64,000 nt of DNA from Chrysomallon squamiferum (taxonomy: Eukaryota; Animalia; Mollusca), in the NCBI GenBank assembly GCA_012295275.1, contig CM022673.1, forward strand, positions 22,506,001-22,570,000. Direction: 5' to 3'. Below are positions 1 through 15,900 of this stretch, piece by piece. How positions within the stretch are numbered: the first letter of the stretch is position 1; the number at the start of each line of letters is the position of its first letter. A model generated the notes under the pieces. That model saw only the letters and a list, made by a program, of their open reading frames with translations. It did not search any database and had not been told where the DNA came from. Made by a program: the position numbers and the translations under genes.

Positions 1-229
1 AATTATAAAGAGCATCCCCTCCCCAAGTCCAACGCTGTCCTTGACACTATAGTCTAATGATTTGCTGTCTTTTAACTATTAAATGCTAAAATATTATCTT
101 TTTCAAGGAACCACGAATCAATTGTGCTGGGTCTCTACCCATCTTGCGGAAAAAATGTTTGTGAGCGATTACCACAGCTAGTGTAGAAAACGGATGGCCT
201 TCACTATTAAAAATGGGAAGTGAGGAGGT

Positions 230-234
230 ATCTG

Positions 235-270
<36 letters not shown>
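230..270. repeat. (TCTA)n microsatellite
   Basis: Directly visible tetranucleotide run; it produces the spurious 'YLSIYLSI' ORF at 220-453. Confidence 0.95.
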
Positions 271-271
<1 letters not shown>

Positions 272-362
272 ATAGTTTGACGAATTTTGAGATAAAGATG
301 CTTATATATAATTTAGATTTTTTTATTTGCATTTATTTATTATTATTATTTATTTCATTATA

Positions 363-1645
363 TAGGGTAAGGTGGGGTATTTCTGGCCCCCCAAGGTATA
401 TTATGACTTACAGCAACGCTACTGTTCTGTCCAGGCTTCTGGAACTTTGTTGATATAAATAGAACCTTACTATCTCTCATTAGAACATGGATAAAAGTAA
501 TCAGCCATTTACACATGGAGTATAGTGGCCATGAAAGTAGTGAAAACAAGGTTGTAAAAAGGTGCATTTTGAGGTTTCAGAAGCGAGTGTTATTTTTTAA
601 TTCTTTAGACATATGATTAGTGATAACTTAAACATAAAATCAATTATTAAGTTCAGCAGAAGAAAATTGATTAATATATGGTAATTAGGTAAGGAGTGTA
701 TGTTTTATTTTACTTGGCCCCCATGGATGGGGTAAATCTGGCCCCCACATCTGGTAGCCAAAATCAATAATTTTGGGATTGATATAGTCCGTTCTGAGTT
801 TTATTTAAGCTTTTTGAAACAATTGAAAGTCCACGGTCCATCTGGTGGGTCATGTCATCAAATTCCAAATAAAATGAAGAGGATGAAATATGCCAAGGCA
901 CTGACAGAAGATGAAAGTGTCATGAGGTATGAAGAAGAGTTGGCAGAGAAGAAGAGAAAGGAGGAAGAAAAGGCAGAGAGATAGCAAAGGTGAGAGAAGC
1001 AAAAAATTAACCAAAAAAAATAACCAGAAGAAGATACCAAAGGCAAAACAGCAGCTCAGTTTGAATGCTATAGCAGAACTGGTGGATGCAGTCATAGAAA
1101 ATGTTGGTCGTGACTAGCCTGAACTAGAAGACAGAAATATACAAGAAAAATGTGAACTCTGTTGCAGAATTGATAATAGTATGATCATAGGATGTGATGG
1201 GAACCTAAATTAGTATTGTCTTGATCCTTGCACAAACCTCGAAATCCCAGGACTTTAAAATTATATTCTTGTGTGATATCTGTCAAGGAGTTTAGTTTAT
1301 TCAAGTTTTGAATCTGACTTGTATAATGATTAGCACTAATTATTATCAATAGTAAACAATGATTACATAGCAATAATCAGTACAACAAATTTGCGGACCA
1401 AAGTACATCATGGATGTGGGGGCCAGATTTACCCCAAATCGTGGGGGCAAATCTGGCCCCTGAAAACACTTTATAACCTGGTTCCCATTTCAAAAGTACA
1501 AGCACTATGCATATAGTTTTTGTCTGTTTTTAAGCAGAAATACATATACTACACATTATTCACTCCAGTTTATTTACTTTTGTCTTTGAAGCTGTAGATG
1601 AGGTTGAATGGAAAAGGGGGCCAGAATGACCCCACCTTACCCTTA
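363..1645 (+). mobile_element. Internally deleted pogo/Tc1-mariner-superfamily DNA transposon (~1.28 kb) retaining the transposase C-terminus with a PHD-finger remnant
   Basis: TIRs are AGGGTAAGGTGGGGTATTTCTGGCCCCC (364-391) and GGGGGCCAGAATGACCCCACCTTACCCT (1616-1643), in TA context. A perfect inner inverted pair TGGGGTAAATCTGGCCCCCACATC lies at 728-751 and 1413-1436. Decayed + strand coding reads KMKRMKYAKALTEDESVMRYEEELAEKKRKEEEKAER* (~870-985), then EKCELCCRIDNSMIIGCDGNLN*YCLDPC...FLCDICQGV* (~1145-1295). This is a charged linker plus PHD-like Cys pattern typical of pogo-family C-termini. Confidence 0.8.
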
Positions 1646-2770
1646 TATATATATTCATCAAACTAATTCAAAATTAAGAAAATGAAACATTCACATTTTT
1701 TTTATATTTATTTGCTCTTGCATAAGCACATTTAGTCTGGCACTGATCACATTGTATTGCAATAAAATAGTTTACACTGGTTTTTTTTTTTTTTTTTTAA
1801 TTATAACCAATTTCTACTTAACAAACATTTCTTGAAAACATTATTACCAAAACAACATTTATTGCACATTTAGGTAAATACAGGTAAATTAAATAAAGTA
1901 AAGCTGATTACTATAAAAATAATAAAGAAAAAACTTGTTTTTGCTGTTTAATTTCATCATTTTATTATTATTATTATCATTATTATTATCATTATTATTA
2001 TTATTATTATATCAGTAATATCTTTCAAGATTAATAACTAATGGCTAAATTATTGAAAAGAAGAATCTTAACAATAAGGCATACATAAAATAATTCACAG
2101 ACAATTAAGTGTACAAATTTAAACATACAAAATGAATATAATGATAGAGAGAAAAAGTTGGAACAATTCACAGATTTTTCTATTATAAAAAACAGCACAA
2201 CCTATTCTAGAATAAAAAGCTTTACATAATAAATTTGCTTTAGTATTGTTTGTTACTGATCAGCTATCAAAGCTGAAAAAAGTTTGAAATATCTTTTTAT
2301 GTTCATTTACATCACTTTAAATTATTATTGAATTATTCCAATTAGTATTCCATCATGAAATTTATAAATTTCTTAAATAAACATCTTAAATATCCATATT
2401 AAACAGTGTTCCAATTTATTTGTATTATTTTTGGTAACATATTATTTTGACATTGACAAAGGGAAGTGCAGCTATGGCTGATCAAGCCCAAAGCTAAATA
2501 CTTTTTAAAAAATACACGGTCTTTAAAAAACAGAAACAAAACTGGTAAAAAAAACTAGTTACACCACTCCTGACATGTGCCAAGACAACAGAAAGCTAAA
2601 ATGAAATCTATAAACATATTTTCAAAAGCCATGTTACATATATATATATAATGAATGCTATTTTATTTTAAATTAAGATCACAATGTAAATACATTTTCT
2701 ACAGCATCATTTATATTTTTTATAGCAATGTTCTTACTAAATTGTTAATACTAAAGAAGCCTGTTTGCTT

Positions 2771-5866
<3,096 letters not shown>

Positions 5867-7475
5867 TGTCCCACTATATCTGTTAAAAACAAACCAAATT
5901 GTAGTCACTGTAAATAAACATATTATTTTAATGAAGCCTCTTTGTTTTGGAATATTCAATTCATAATAAATATATATTAAAAAATTGGCAAAGGGATTAT
6001 TTCTTTATAGATATTTTCACTTACAAATAAGTATATAACAATGATTTACAGGTAATTTATTATGAAAATCACAAAATTAGTTGGTATGTCATAACTAAAG
6101 CATAAGCAATTATTATTAACTTATAATGTTACTTCAATTATTTAAATATTAATGGGAATTTTTTTTTTTAAATTAAATATAGGTATATTATTTGTATGAC
6201 AATATAAATGAAAATATCTGCTATAAATGAAAATATCTGCTATAGCTCTAATTAGCACTAATTTTCTTGTTATTCTTGCACAAAAGAGGGGTAAAAAACG
6301 CAACAGTCATGCTGATACAAAACTGTCAGCTGCAATAACTGGAATTTCACAAGAATGCAGAAACTGTTTTTACTTTTAAAAATTTATTCTGGGAAAATTT
6401 CTAACTTATTCCTAAAATCTAGTCAAATGAATCCAGTAAAAATAAAGTTTAATAAAGACCTTTATTTAATCTTCTCTGAATCTATATCAGACACATACAC
6501 AAATATGTATAAAACAATTTTTTGATTTTATTATTTCTTTTACCTTTATTTCCAAAATTATAATGTGTTTGATTTAAGAACAACTTAACAGAAGTCAATA
6601 TTAGAGATTCATTCTCAGTTTATTAATATGTATATTTTAAGCATTTATATAGACAGGTAGTCTTAGATAACAAATTATTATAATAACTAACCTTCTGGAA
6701 ACATTATGAATCAGGCTAATAGTACATTGCAAAAAGCATTTTAGTGGCATGTTTGACATTTATTTACGCCCAACTATTAAATAAATAGGTCAGTATGTAA
6801 TACTGCTTTATTTAAACATGTGACCTGTTTGATATACCAGAGATAACAAAGATACTGATACTCTATTAATAGTATCTAAACTGTAATATTCTTGCCATCT
6901 TGGCCTTATAATTTATAAACTTCTTTTCTTTTTTCTTTTTTTAAGCCACATTATTTTAGCTAAAATATTTATATTGCTATTCTATTCTATGATTTTGTTT
7001 GTGCTTAAATTCGAAAAATATAATAAAGATTCCAAAAACAAATTTTTTAGATCTAAGTTAAAAACATTACCTGCATGCTCAGCAAGGAATAAATTTAAGA
7101 CAGCTAGTCATTATAATAATGAATATAGAAAATATCAACATGAACTGAAGCGTTGATATACATTATAGTTATACAGGTTCATTTTGTTATCTCTTCCTTT
7201 ATTTGTGTGTAAGTGTGTGTGCATGCATGCATTATAATTTATAATAAATAAACATTAGTTAACAATGACGCAATGTTCTGCCTAAGGCTAACCTCACTAA
7301 GACGTATCTTTGATGACTAAATTATAAATATTTCCAGCGATACTTGTCAGAAACAATCTACAAACGAGCTAAAAAAAACTGTATTTTTAATAATTATGAA
7401 AATATTCAATTATAAAACTAAAAACAATTATTATTTTCAATAAAATATCTATCTGATGAAATGCTGCACTCAAAC

Positions 7476-7790
7476 ACTTACCGACAAAAAAAAAATTAAC
7501 TATGCATAAGGGAGATAATTCAACTTTTTTTCTTTCTTTCTTTATTTTTTAAAATAAATAATGGGTAGCCAGTGGTTACATGTGCTTTACAACAGCTCGC
7601 TCTGATTAGCACGTTAGTTTTTTTTAGAGTATTGGCTTAAAGCGTGACTGGTAGTATATATACACTTTTCTCGCTGGGAAAGTACATACAAAGCAGATAA
7701 ACAATAACCACAAAGGCGTGATGAATAGTTCTCTGATGGCTAAATGCCGAAATTGACTCCTACTACTACAACAGGTCACCGAGACTGCAA
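7476..7790 (-). promoter_or_regulatory. Probable secernin 5'UTR exon and promoter
   Basis: The secernin ATG exon has an acceptor, so an upstream exon is required. A consensus donor G|GTAAGT is on the minus strand at 7482/7481-7476. The adjacent 7560-7790 retains CpGs and has CCAAT-like elements (ATTGG at 7631, CTGATTAG at ~7602). The TSS is not determined. Confidence 0.45.
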
Positions 7791-8247
7791 TTTTGTTGTT
7801 GTTGTTGTTTTTTTTTTGTATATACATATAATTATTGTTATAATGCAGGAAATAATATATATGTTACTTATGTATGATATTAAAAATTTGACAGATATTT
7901 TTTCTTTCAACTTTTTTTGGGGGGGGGTGGAGAGGACATTTTCCTGACCAGGACTGATTAACAAGAAGCACACAAAATATAGATCAGCAAAAATCAACGA
8001 AATAATAAATAAATAAATAAATAAATAAACAAACATAAAATTAAATTAAATTAAAAAGGAAAAAATAAACAATTTACTGTTGTTATTATTGAAGTGAAGT
8101 AATAATAAGCAGCAGAAGCACTATTACATGACGTAGATACAGTAACGTGTGAACATTTTGTTAAAAGTAATAGAATTTTCCGATAATTGGCAAAAAATAA
8201 TTTGTATAACAAAATTTTATATTTTAATATAATTATTACTACTAAAA

Positions 8248-8280
<33 letters not shown>

Positions 8281-8519
8281 CTGATTCTGAATAAAATTAA
8301 ACCTTGAAATGCAAGACTGGATATATTTATGTATATTTATCATAAAGAATATTTTTATTTCTTAATAAAGCTGATATTTTGAAATAAATAAATACTAAAT
8401 CCGTATCAAAAGATCAAGTACACATTTTCAGAAACATGTCATATTTATAAAAAATTAAAAATGTAATAATGTTAAAGAAATGTCTTTAAAGACTGAGTTT
8501 CTTTTGTTTTTTGTTTATC

Positions 8520-8520
<1 letters not shown>

Positions 8521-8568
<48 letters not shown>

Positions 8569-8643
8569 GATATTTGGTTCCCAACCATCTTGTGTGCGTG
8601 TTTTGGATATCATCAACGAGAAAAATAATAACAATACAAATAA

Positions 8644-8680
<37 letters not shown>
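8521..8680. repeat. (AAT)n and (TA)n microsatellites
   Basis: Directly visible. Similar (TTA)n, (TA)n, (CA)n and (TACA)n runs occur at ~1965, 8250, 9740, 17810, 18850, 29760, 30200, 46120, 51090, 53130 and 63090. Confidence 0.9.
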
Positions 8681-8685
<5 letters not shown>

Positions 8686-9029
8686 GCACACTTGTTTTTA
8701 AATCTCTGCGGATGCCAAAAATAAAGTGTTGTTTTAAAAAATGTTCGAGGAAACTCTAGCTTTAAAAGAGAATGAAAATGAATACGTGCGTTTTAATTAT
8801 TTGAAAGAACCATTTTCTACTTTCAATTTTTATTCTGAAGTAAGAACTTTATTTCTTAGTTAAAGTGATTCCTGTTAAACAGGTCTATGATAATTATGCT
8901 ATTCCAATTAAGATAAAGCGTTACTATAAGAACAACCATTTGCTCGTCAACTTTAAGAAGCTAATGCCGATAATCATATAGGTTATACGTAAATGTTGAA
9001 TCAGAACACTGAAGGAAAATGTCAATATA

Positions 9030-9247
9030 ACCTCACTGGGTCACAATCTGGAGTTGTGTCAAAGGTCAACATCCGGGTAATCCCATCTATTTTTCACCTC
9101 CATTGACAGAAGAGTGGGCTGCATTCATGATGTCTGGGAGATATAAGTAGCCACCTCGAATACTTTGAATCTTTCCTAGAAGTGCCTCTTTTTGGGATAA
9201 GTAATCGATTTAGACCCAGAAACAGATTTCGGAAGTGCTAAGGCCAG
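9030..9247 (+). promoter_or_regulatory. Probable first (non-coding) exon/promoter of the plus-strand MRL-family gene
   Basis: GC- and CpG-richer stretch ending in a perfect donor CAG|GTAAGT (9247/9248), with an ETS-type CGGAAGT at 9230-9236. The 5' boundary is a guess. Confidence 0.5.
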
Positions 9248-9732
9248 GTAAGTGACAAGAAAACACTTGCATTAGCATGAGAGAAGCAGACGATTTACCG
9301 AGATATGACCCACATTCATCTCCATCTTCTGGTCCAAACCAAAGTTCTTTGATTCCATGAAATGAGTACTCTGTTCTGCAAATGGTTTTACATAAAACTT
9401 TTCGAAGATTATTATAATTATAAAATTTACTTTATTTGCCTTCATTTCTAAACATCAACAAATTTCTTTTATTGTCTGATTTTTTTTTTTTTTTTTTTTT
9501 AAATTGCAGTAGAAATGAAAATGGTAAATTTACCAGTTGTCAATTTTTTGCGCAAACTGAGTCTAGCTGGTGACACAATGATGAGTGTACACGCACCTGC
9601 AAAGAAAAACATATGTAAGAGATTAGAATTGGAAACCACTGGCGTACCATATCTAGAGCAAACAAAGAACTGGTTATTTAATTTAGAATGATTAAATTAT
9701 GTTTTGAAATATTTACCATCATATATATATTC

Positions 9733-9786
<54 letters not shown>

Positions 9787-9972
9787 TTTTCAAATATTTT
9801 TGCTTATGATCTTTGTTGGATGCCCATCCTTTTTTATTGTACGTCTACTCTCTATATATTATATTGATCAGGTTATGTGTAAATGTGCATTAGCTTGAAA
9901 CAACTTTGAATTTGTTTACCTCAAAGTATTTTTTCTTCTTTATGTTCTAAATAATTATAACTTTTTGTACAG

Positions 9973-9987
9973 GAGTTATGCGTTCAT
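9973..9987 (+). other. Candidate 15-nt microexon (GAGTTATGCGTTCAT) in the 5' UTR
   Basis: Flanked by acceptor CTTTTTGTACAG (9961-9972) and donor GTGAGT (9988-9993). Confidence 0.45.
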
Positions 9988-12900
9988 GTGAGTATTGTGA
10001 TTTTATCTTAATAAGAAAAGATTAATCATTTTTTATAAATATATGAATATGTATTAGTTACATTTTTAATGTCTCATGACCTATTTCTCCCAGTGTTAAT
10101 AAAATTTAATTTGATGTATGTATAAGTGTGTATGTGTGTATATCTATGTAGACTGTGTGTGAAAAGAAAGCTTTATAATGTATTAGATCAGTGATTCAAC
10201 CTTTTACAATCAAATCATGGTTAAAGAACATTTGTCTTAAATACCAAATTCAGGTTGCTTGGTTGCCTGGTTAGGTCTGTGTCATTTTAGTATGTTAGAG
10301 GATTAGTTAGAGAAAAGATTACCACATTTAATTACAGAGAAAAAAATTAATTAAATCGTTTCAATTAACAAAATGACTTGACAAAAACATTAAAAGGGAA
10401 ATCTTTATACTTTTAAAACAAATTTTATATTTACCATTGTATCATTGTAACATGCATCATTTAAAAGAAAACTCATTTACTTGTCTTCACATGTAGTTTT
10501 GACATGTACTATGCATTTCCATCATTTAATAAAGCAGTATTACTTGTTCTTCTTAAAGATGAAGGCCTTAAAAATGAATGGCAATTTAAGCATGGCATAG
10601 ATCTGACAGGGCAGCTTACAGTTTCACATACTGTTGAAAACATTGCAACAAACTTGCTCTGACCTGCTTTGCTATCTGGAACATTGCCAAAATCTATTAA
10701 GAAAATCATATGGAAATCATGTTTTCAACAGTTGGTTCGTTTTGGACTGGCTATATGATCTTGTTCAGAGTGTATCTTTCTTGTGTTAGTCAACTTATGT
10801 GGCAATTGAAATGAATATTGTTAATTTTGAGGTAATATTTATGATGACTATGACAGTATATTATTATCAGTATTACAGATACAGATTCTTTGAAATAATA
10901 TTGGTGTGGAAGAGCAATCAATAATTAATATGTATGGTAATTGTGAAGAACTACTGTCTGAATAGTGCATACCATGATTCGCTGGACAAAGACACTCTGT
11001 TTGTATATATCTTAGTTCATCCTAATTTTGTAAACAATTGCTTATTTCACAGCTTGCTCAGAAATTTTAACTGTTATAAATGCAGCAAAATATGTTTAAT
11101 GATTTATTTTTATTTCAGTTTAGCTTATATGTAGATGAGCTATGCACTGCATGTTTGTGTAAAACTGTATTTAATACAACTTGAAGATAAGACAATATAA
11201 AATATTTAAATATAATTTTACAAATTAATATTTTGATTATGATATTCATGATTCACAACTTACAACCATTGCTTTGCTGGTGTAGCTGAGGATTAGCATG
11301 TTAGTAAACTGATTAGTATTTTACATATGTTTGTATACTATTAATTATGAAAAACTTGATACAGCAAACATTACATTCTTAAGGCCAACAGTTACATAAA
11401 CAGATTAAAAGTGGCAAATATTAATTTTAGTTTCATGAACTTAAACATAACATTCTTTTCTGCATATATTTACATTGTTTTGATTGTCATTATTGTTACA
11501 CACATTATGAGATTTAAATATCAATACTTCAAATAAATAAATACTTTTTATTTTAGATGTACATATTTTAAATGATGTTCTAAATATCTGAAATAAACTG
11601 ATATTGATATATATGTGGGAGATAAAACAAGATTCTGAACCACCAAACCAGCACAATTTTGCAAAGTAATAACACCTCACCATGAAAATAACAGATTTTA
11701 GAATTTAAGTAGATACTTAAAGCGTATATATATGCCTGTTTTGGCAAACTTAATTAAACATCCAGAGCAACCTTTCATTTAAACACTAAAACAGCTCCAT
11801 TAACTTGTGTATTACTCAGTCTGTTTAATCAGTTTGGTTATAAGCCTGAACACTTGAATAGCTCTTCTCAACAGTTTCTAATTTGCATTAATTTCATAAA
11901 CTACTGAATAACTGGTGATTCATTCTTGCATGGCAGTTTGGTCTTTTACAGGTATTCAGTACTGTGGCTGGCTGCTAGCCTATCGAGCGGCACACACCAA
12001 CATATACTATAAAGCAACAGTATGTTTGAGCACAAATGATCAATTGGTATAGTCTTTTTGAAAACCTGTTAAATTTTTTGTGTAGGCATATGGTTTAGAA
12101 ACTGAAACCAAATGAGATGTTACGTTACATACAGTCAATATGATGTATCATGTTTTTTTTTATTTTATATATACATATACAAATTTACGTATTTATAAAT
12201 ACTTCTGTTTTATGTTTTGACATTTTTCTTTATAAATTTTTCTAATAATAGGTATCAGTGATTATGCTTATTACATTTTATTTTCACTTTGACAAGTTCT
12301 GCAAAAAACAAAAATAACAAAGAGAAAAAAACAAAACAAAAAAAATTCCTATTTAAGTAATAAATACTGTAAATAATGTTAAATTTAATATACTTATTTT
12401 TTTATCCTTTAATGTTGACATTTGATGTGATGCAGCACTTCTGGTGTTTGCTGACTGTGGAATGGTTAGGTTAAACCACTGTAATAACACTGTTGCTGCA
12501 CCTATGCATAATACAAATTGTCAGCCTGTCACTGACCTTTTACAGCAACTATAGCTACCTGTGTGTCACTTTTTTAGTTCATAATATGTACTTTCAGTTT
12601 TTAAGAACAAATATCTTTTTTCCTTCAACATTAAAAAAATAAAAATTAACTTTTCTTTTTTTTTAAATAATTTTTTATCCTTTTAAAAAACAAAACAAAG
12701 CAAAACAGCAACAAAAACACTATTTATTATGATTACATATGTTTTTGTTGTTATTAAGTTTTGGGGAGTTTTATTTTTTATTTTTTTATTTCATTGGCTT
12801 TCAGTGTACTCAATGATGCAATGATAAAATATAATTACATTTTTGTACTCGGGTAATATTACTGTTATGATAATTTTGATGATTCAAATTGATGAAAATC

Positions 12901-15900
12901 AGTTTTAATTACAAGACAGTAAAAGCAGACTAACTTTTTTTTTTTTAGTTTAGTGTTTTAAATACTATATGTAGTAAGAATTATAATGTAAAAGCTTTAC
13001 AAAAATAAAATGCATTATAACATGAACTTAGTGAAGAAAATGTGTTGTTAAAATCCATGAACAAAATAATAAACAAAATACTTGGTAATGTGCAAGCCAC
13101 CTATATGTTTAAAATATCTCAGTATATTAACTAGGATAAGTCATTGTTACATCACAGTTTTACAATGAAGATAACAATTCTTGGCTATGATAAAAACATT
13201 AAGTTGATTTACAGTTATTTTATGTGTGCTGTATCAAAGCACAAGTGCTCTGTAACACTGAAAACTTTTTTTTTTTCCAGATCAGACCATATTAGATTCA
13301 CATGTAGGCTCTTATACTTCAGCATAAACAGATGTCTTGAGATTTAGTGACAGACATAAACAGCTCATAACCAAAATAAATAAACACATGCTTTGCTTTT
13401 TAAGCTTACATAATCTTTTATATTGTTAGGTATATCCAGGTTGGTTTGGAGTGGAAGAAATTATAACTTTGTTAAGATTGAGAGTGTCAGATATACTTTT
13501 AAAAATTATTTTATTTTTATTTATATTTCAAAATACATTTATATTCAGAACCTATTAGCATTAACTTTTTTTTGAACAAGATTTACATTTTTAATGACAA
13601 ATGGTATCATGTAAAAAAAAGAAGAAAAAAGTTGAACTAAATGCCTAACTATAATTACAGATATTATTATCCAGATTTCAGTGATAAAATAATAGTTCCA
13701 GTGTTATGAATTTTATTAACAATTAATTTGTTTGGTGCTGTTTGAAGAAATTTCAGTTTTTAATGTAACATTCTGAAGCAAGATTGTCTCTTACAAAGCT
13801 TATTTGGTAATAAAAGTCTTACTGTGTGTTGTAGATATTCTAATTCTTTTCTTAACTCTGCAAAGTATATTAACATTGATAAGTTAAGCTAAAATGGCTA
13901 AAATCATTCATTTGCATTACATAATCTTTGAAAATTGATAATTTTCATTTTATTTGTACCACAAAAATAATTTTTATACCATATTAATTAGAGTGAAAAA
14001 ATTTAGATGATGAACTACTTTTAAAAGGAATAAATTAGAAAATCTGATATGTTAATCTTTTGGGGTTCATATTTATTTTATTTTTATTTTTAACAGGATG
14101 CAGTTTTCGTCAGCACTGAATTACATTCTCAGTGTTAGTAAAGGCTATATAGTAATAAAAATAATTTGTTGAGAACCCTTTCCTCTTGAGTTCAGGGCTC
14201 TAAGCACTTTACATAATTAGAGTATATTAATATAATGAATGGACAAAAACTGAATGGATAATAATAGCAGTTACAAAAGTTGCACTTTGGTGATGTGAAT
14301 GTAAATGGAACAGAAGCTGAATTTCACTTGGATAAAATTTAAGAAATGACTTTTCTGAGAATCTGAATGTGGGAGTGGATTTTATGAAGCAAATGTCAAA
14401 CAAAAGAGAAGACTGAATATGGAAATTTGTACTGAATAACATACGTTATTTTATGTATATATATATAGTATTTTTTTTGAAAGTTTAAAATGTTAAAAGC
14501 TTAATGTTCCTATTAACACTAGCAAAACACACTTGTATCATTATTGGTTCCAATATTATTTCCAAGGCACTGCCACAACTCCAGAAAAATGAAATAAAAA
14601 GCTAAATAGTTCTGAATAAACAGTCACAAATAAGAAGGCTATTTTTAGTTGAGAAACTGAAGTTATGTGACAATACATTTTTCATTTTGTGGGATGGGGG
14701 GGTGCATCAGAAATAAATAAACTGCTCAAAACCATCACAGATTTTGATGTTTTATTAAACAAGGTGGAGGCACAGTCAGATACATTATACATAATCGGCT
14801 CTTATGTCATTTCAGCCCAGATTTAATCATTTTAATTTTAATTGGTTATATTGACATCTTTTGAAAAGAATGATAGTTTTGCTCACAAAAAAACCATCCA
14901 TCAATTCAGGAAGATCTGGTTGCACAGAATCAGCATGTTTGGTCACTTTATGACTTGTGACTGAAACAGCACTGGTGGCCATGATTTAATGAATGGTTCA
15001 AGAGAAACATGATTTGGCAAAATTTCTCTCATGGAGAGTGGGTGGTTTGTAGATGTTTTTTTTTTTCTCTTTCTGGTGATATCTATTGCATATTAATTGC
15101 TCAGAAATAGTTAAGAGACTTACATAGGTTTTTCATCAAGGTTTGCTACCACTTTCTGGTGGCAAAACCTTCCATGTTGGATACATAAATGAATCTAAGA
15201 TACTGAACATGAGTCTTTGGTTGAGTTTTGTATGAAGAAAGCTTGTGAGTATAAAAAGTAGAATATGAGTAATGTTAGTTTTTGATAAAACCCTTTTTTT
15301 CACAATACATGGTACCATTTATGCATGAAAAACAAAAATCTGTATCAGTATATATATTTCAGTTTGTTGTATTTAACAAGGTAATGAATTACAGAACTAA
15401 CACAATAGATAACATACAGTTCTTTTGGAGCAGGGTTAAATAAAAAAGTTATCCCAATTCTGTGCTTTCAGCAGTTAGAGATTCCCAGGATAAAATTAAC
15501 CACACTTTCCAACATTTCTTCTCCTGTCAGTCCCTATCAGACTGAAAGCTGAATCTTCTAGATAATCTTAAAATGATCCATCGTTGCATATGATTTTTCT
15601 CATTTAAATTAGCTGTGGCCTTCTTTCCTGCTTGTCTGTTTTCACCATGAACCATTCAGTTTGTATTTAATTTATAGCAGTAAATGTCAGCACAACAGCT
15701 AGAAATGTGATGCATAATCACAAGTGATGCATAATGATTCTTTGCAGTATAATATGTAGAGGTACCATGTTATTTTGATTCTGTCATTGACATCACAAAG
15801 AAATTATAAACTTAATATTTAAAATAATAACACTGCTGTATTTAAAAATAACAATCATATGGGTTATGTAAGTATTTGCTGACAGAATCGTGTGTAATTT

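Noticed and set aside
9575-9660. C/D snoRNA candidate (ATGATGA box C)
   Set aside because: No CTGA box D with a terminal stem at a suitable distance.
10497-10831. Possible additional 5'UTR exon (acceptor ~10496, donor GAG|GTAATA ~10831)
   Set aside because: Splice signals are only moderate and there is no coding constraint to test; it cannot be supported from sequence alone.
11941-11957. Recursive splice site-like TTTTACAG|GTATTC in a long intron
   Set aside because: The donor half is weak, and such AGGT words are frequent in AT-rich DNA; unsupported without nascent RNA data.
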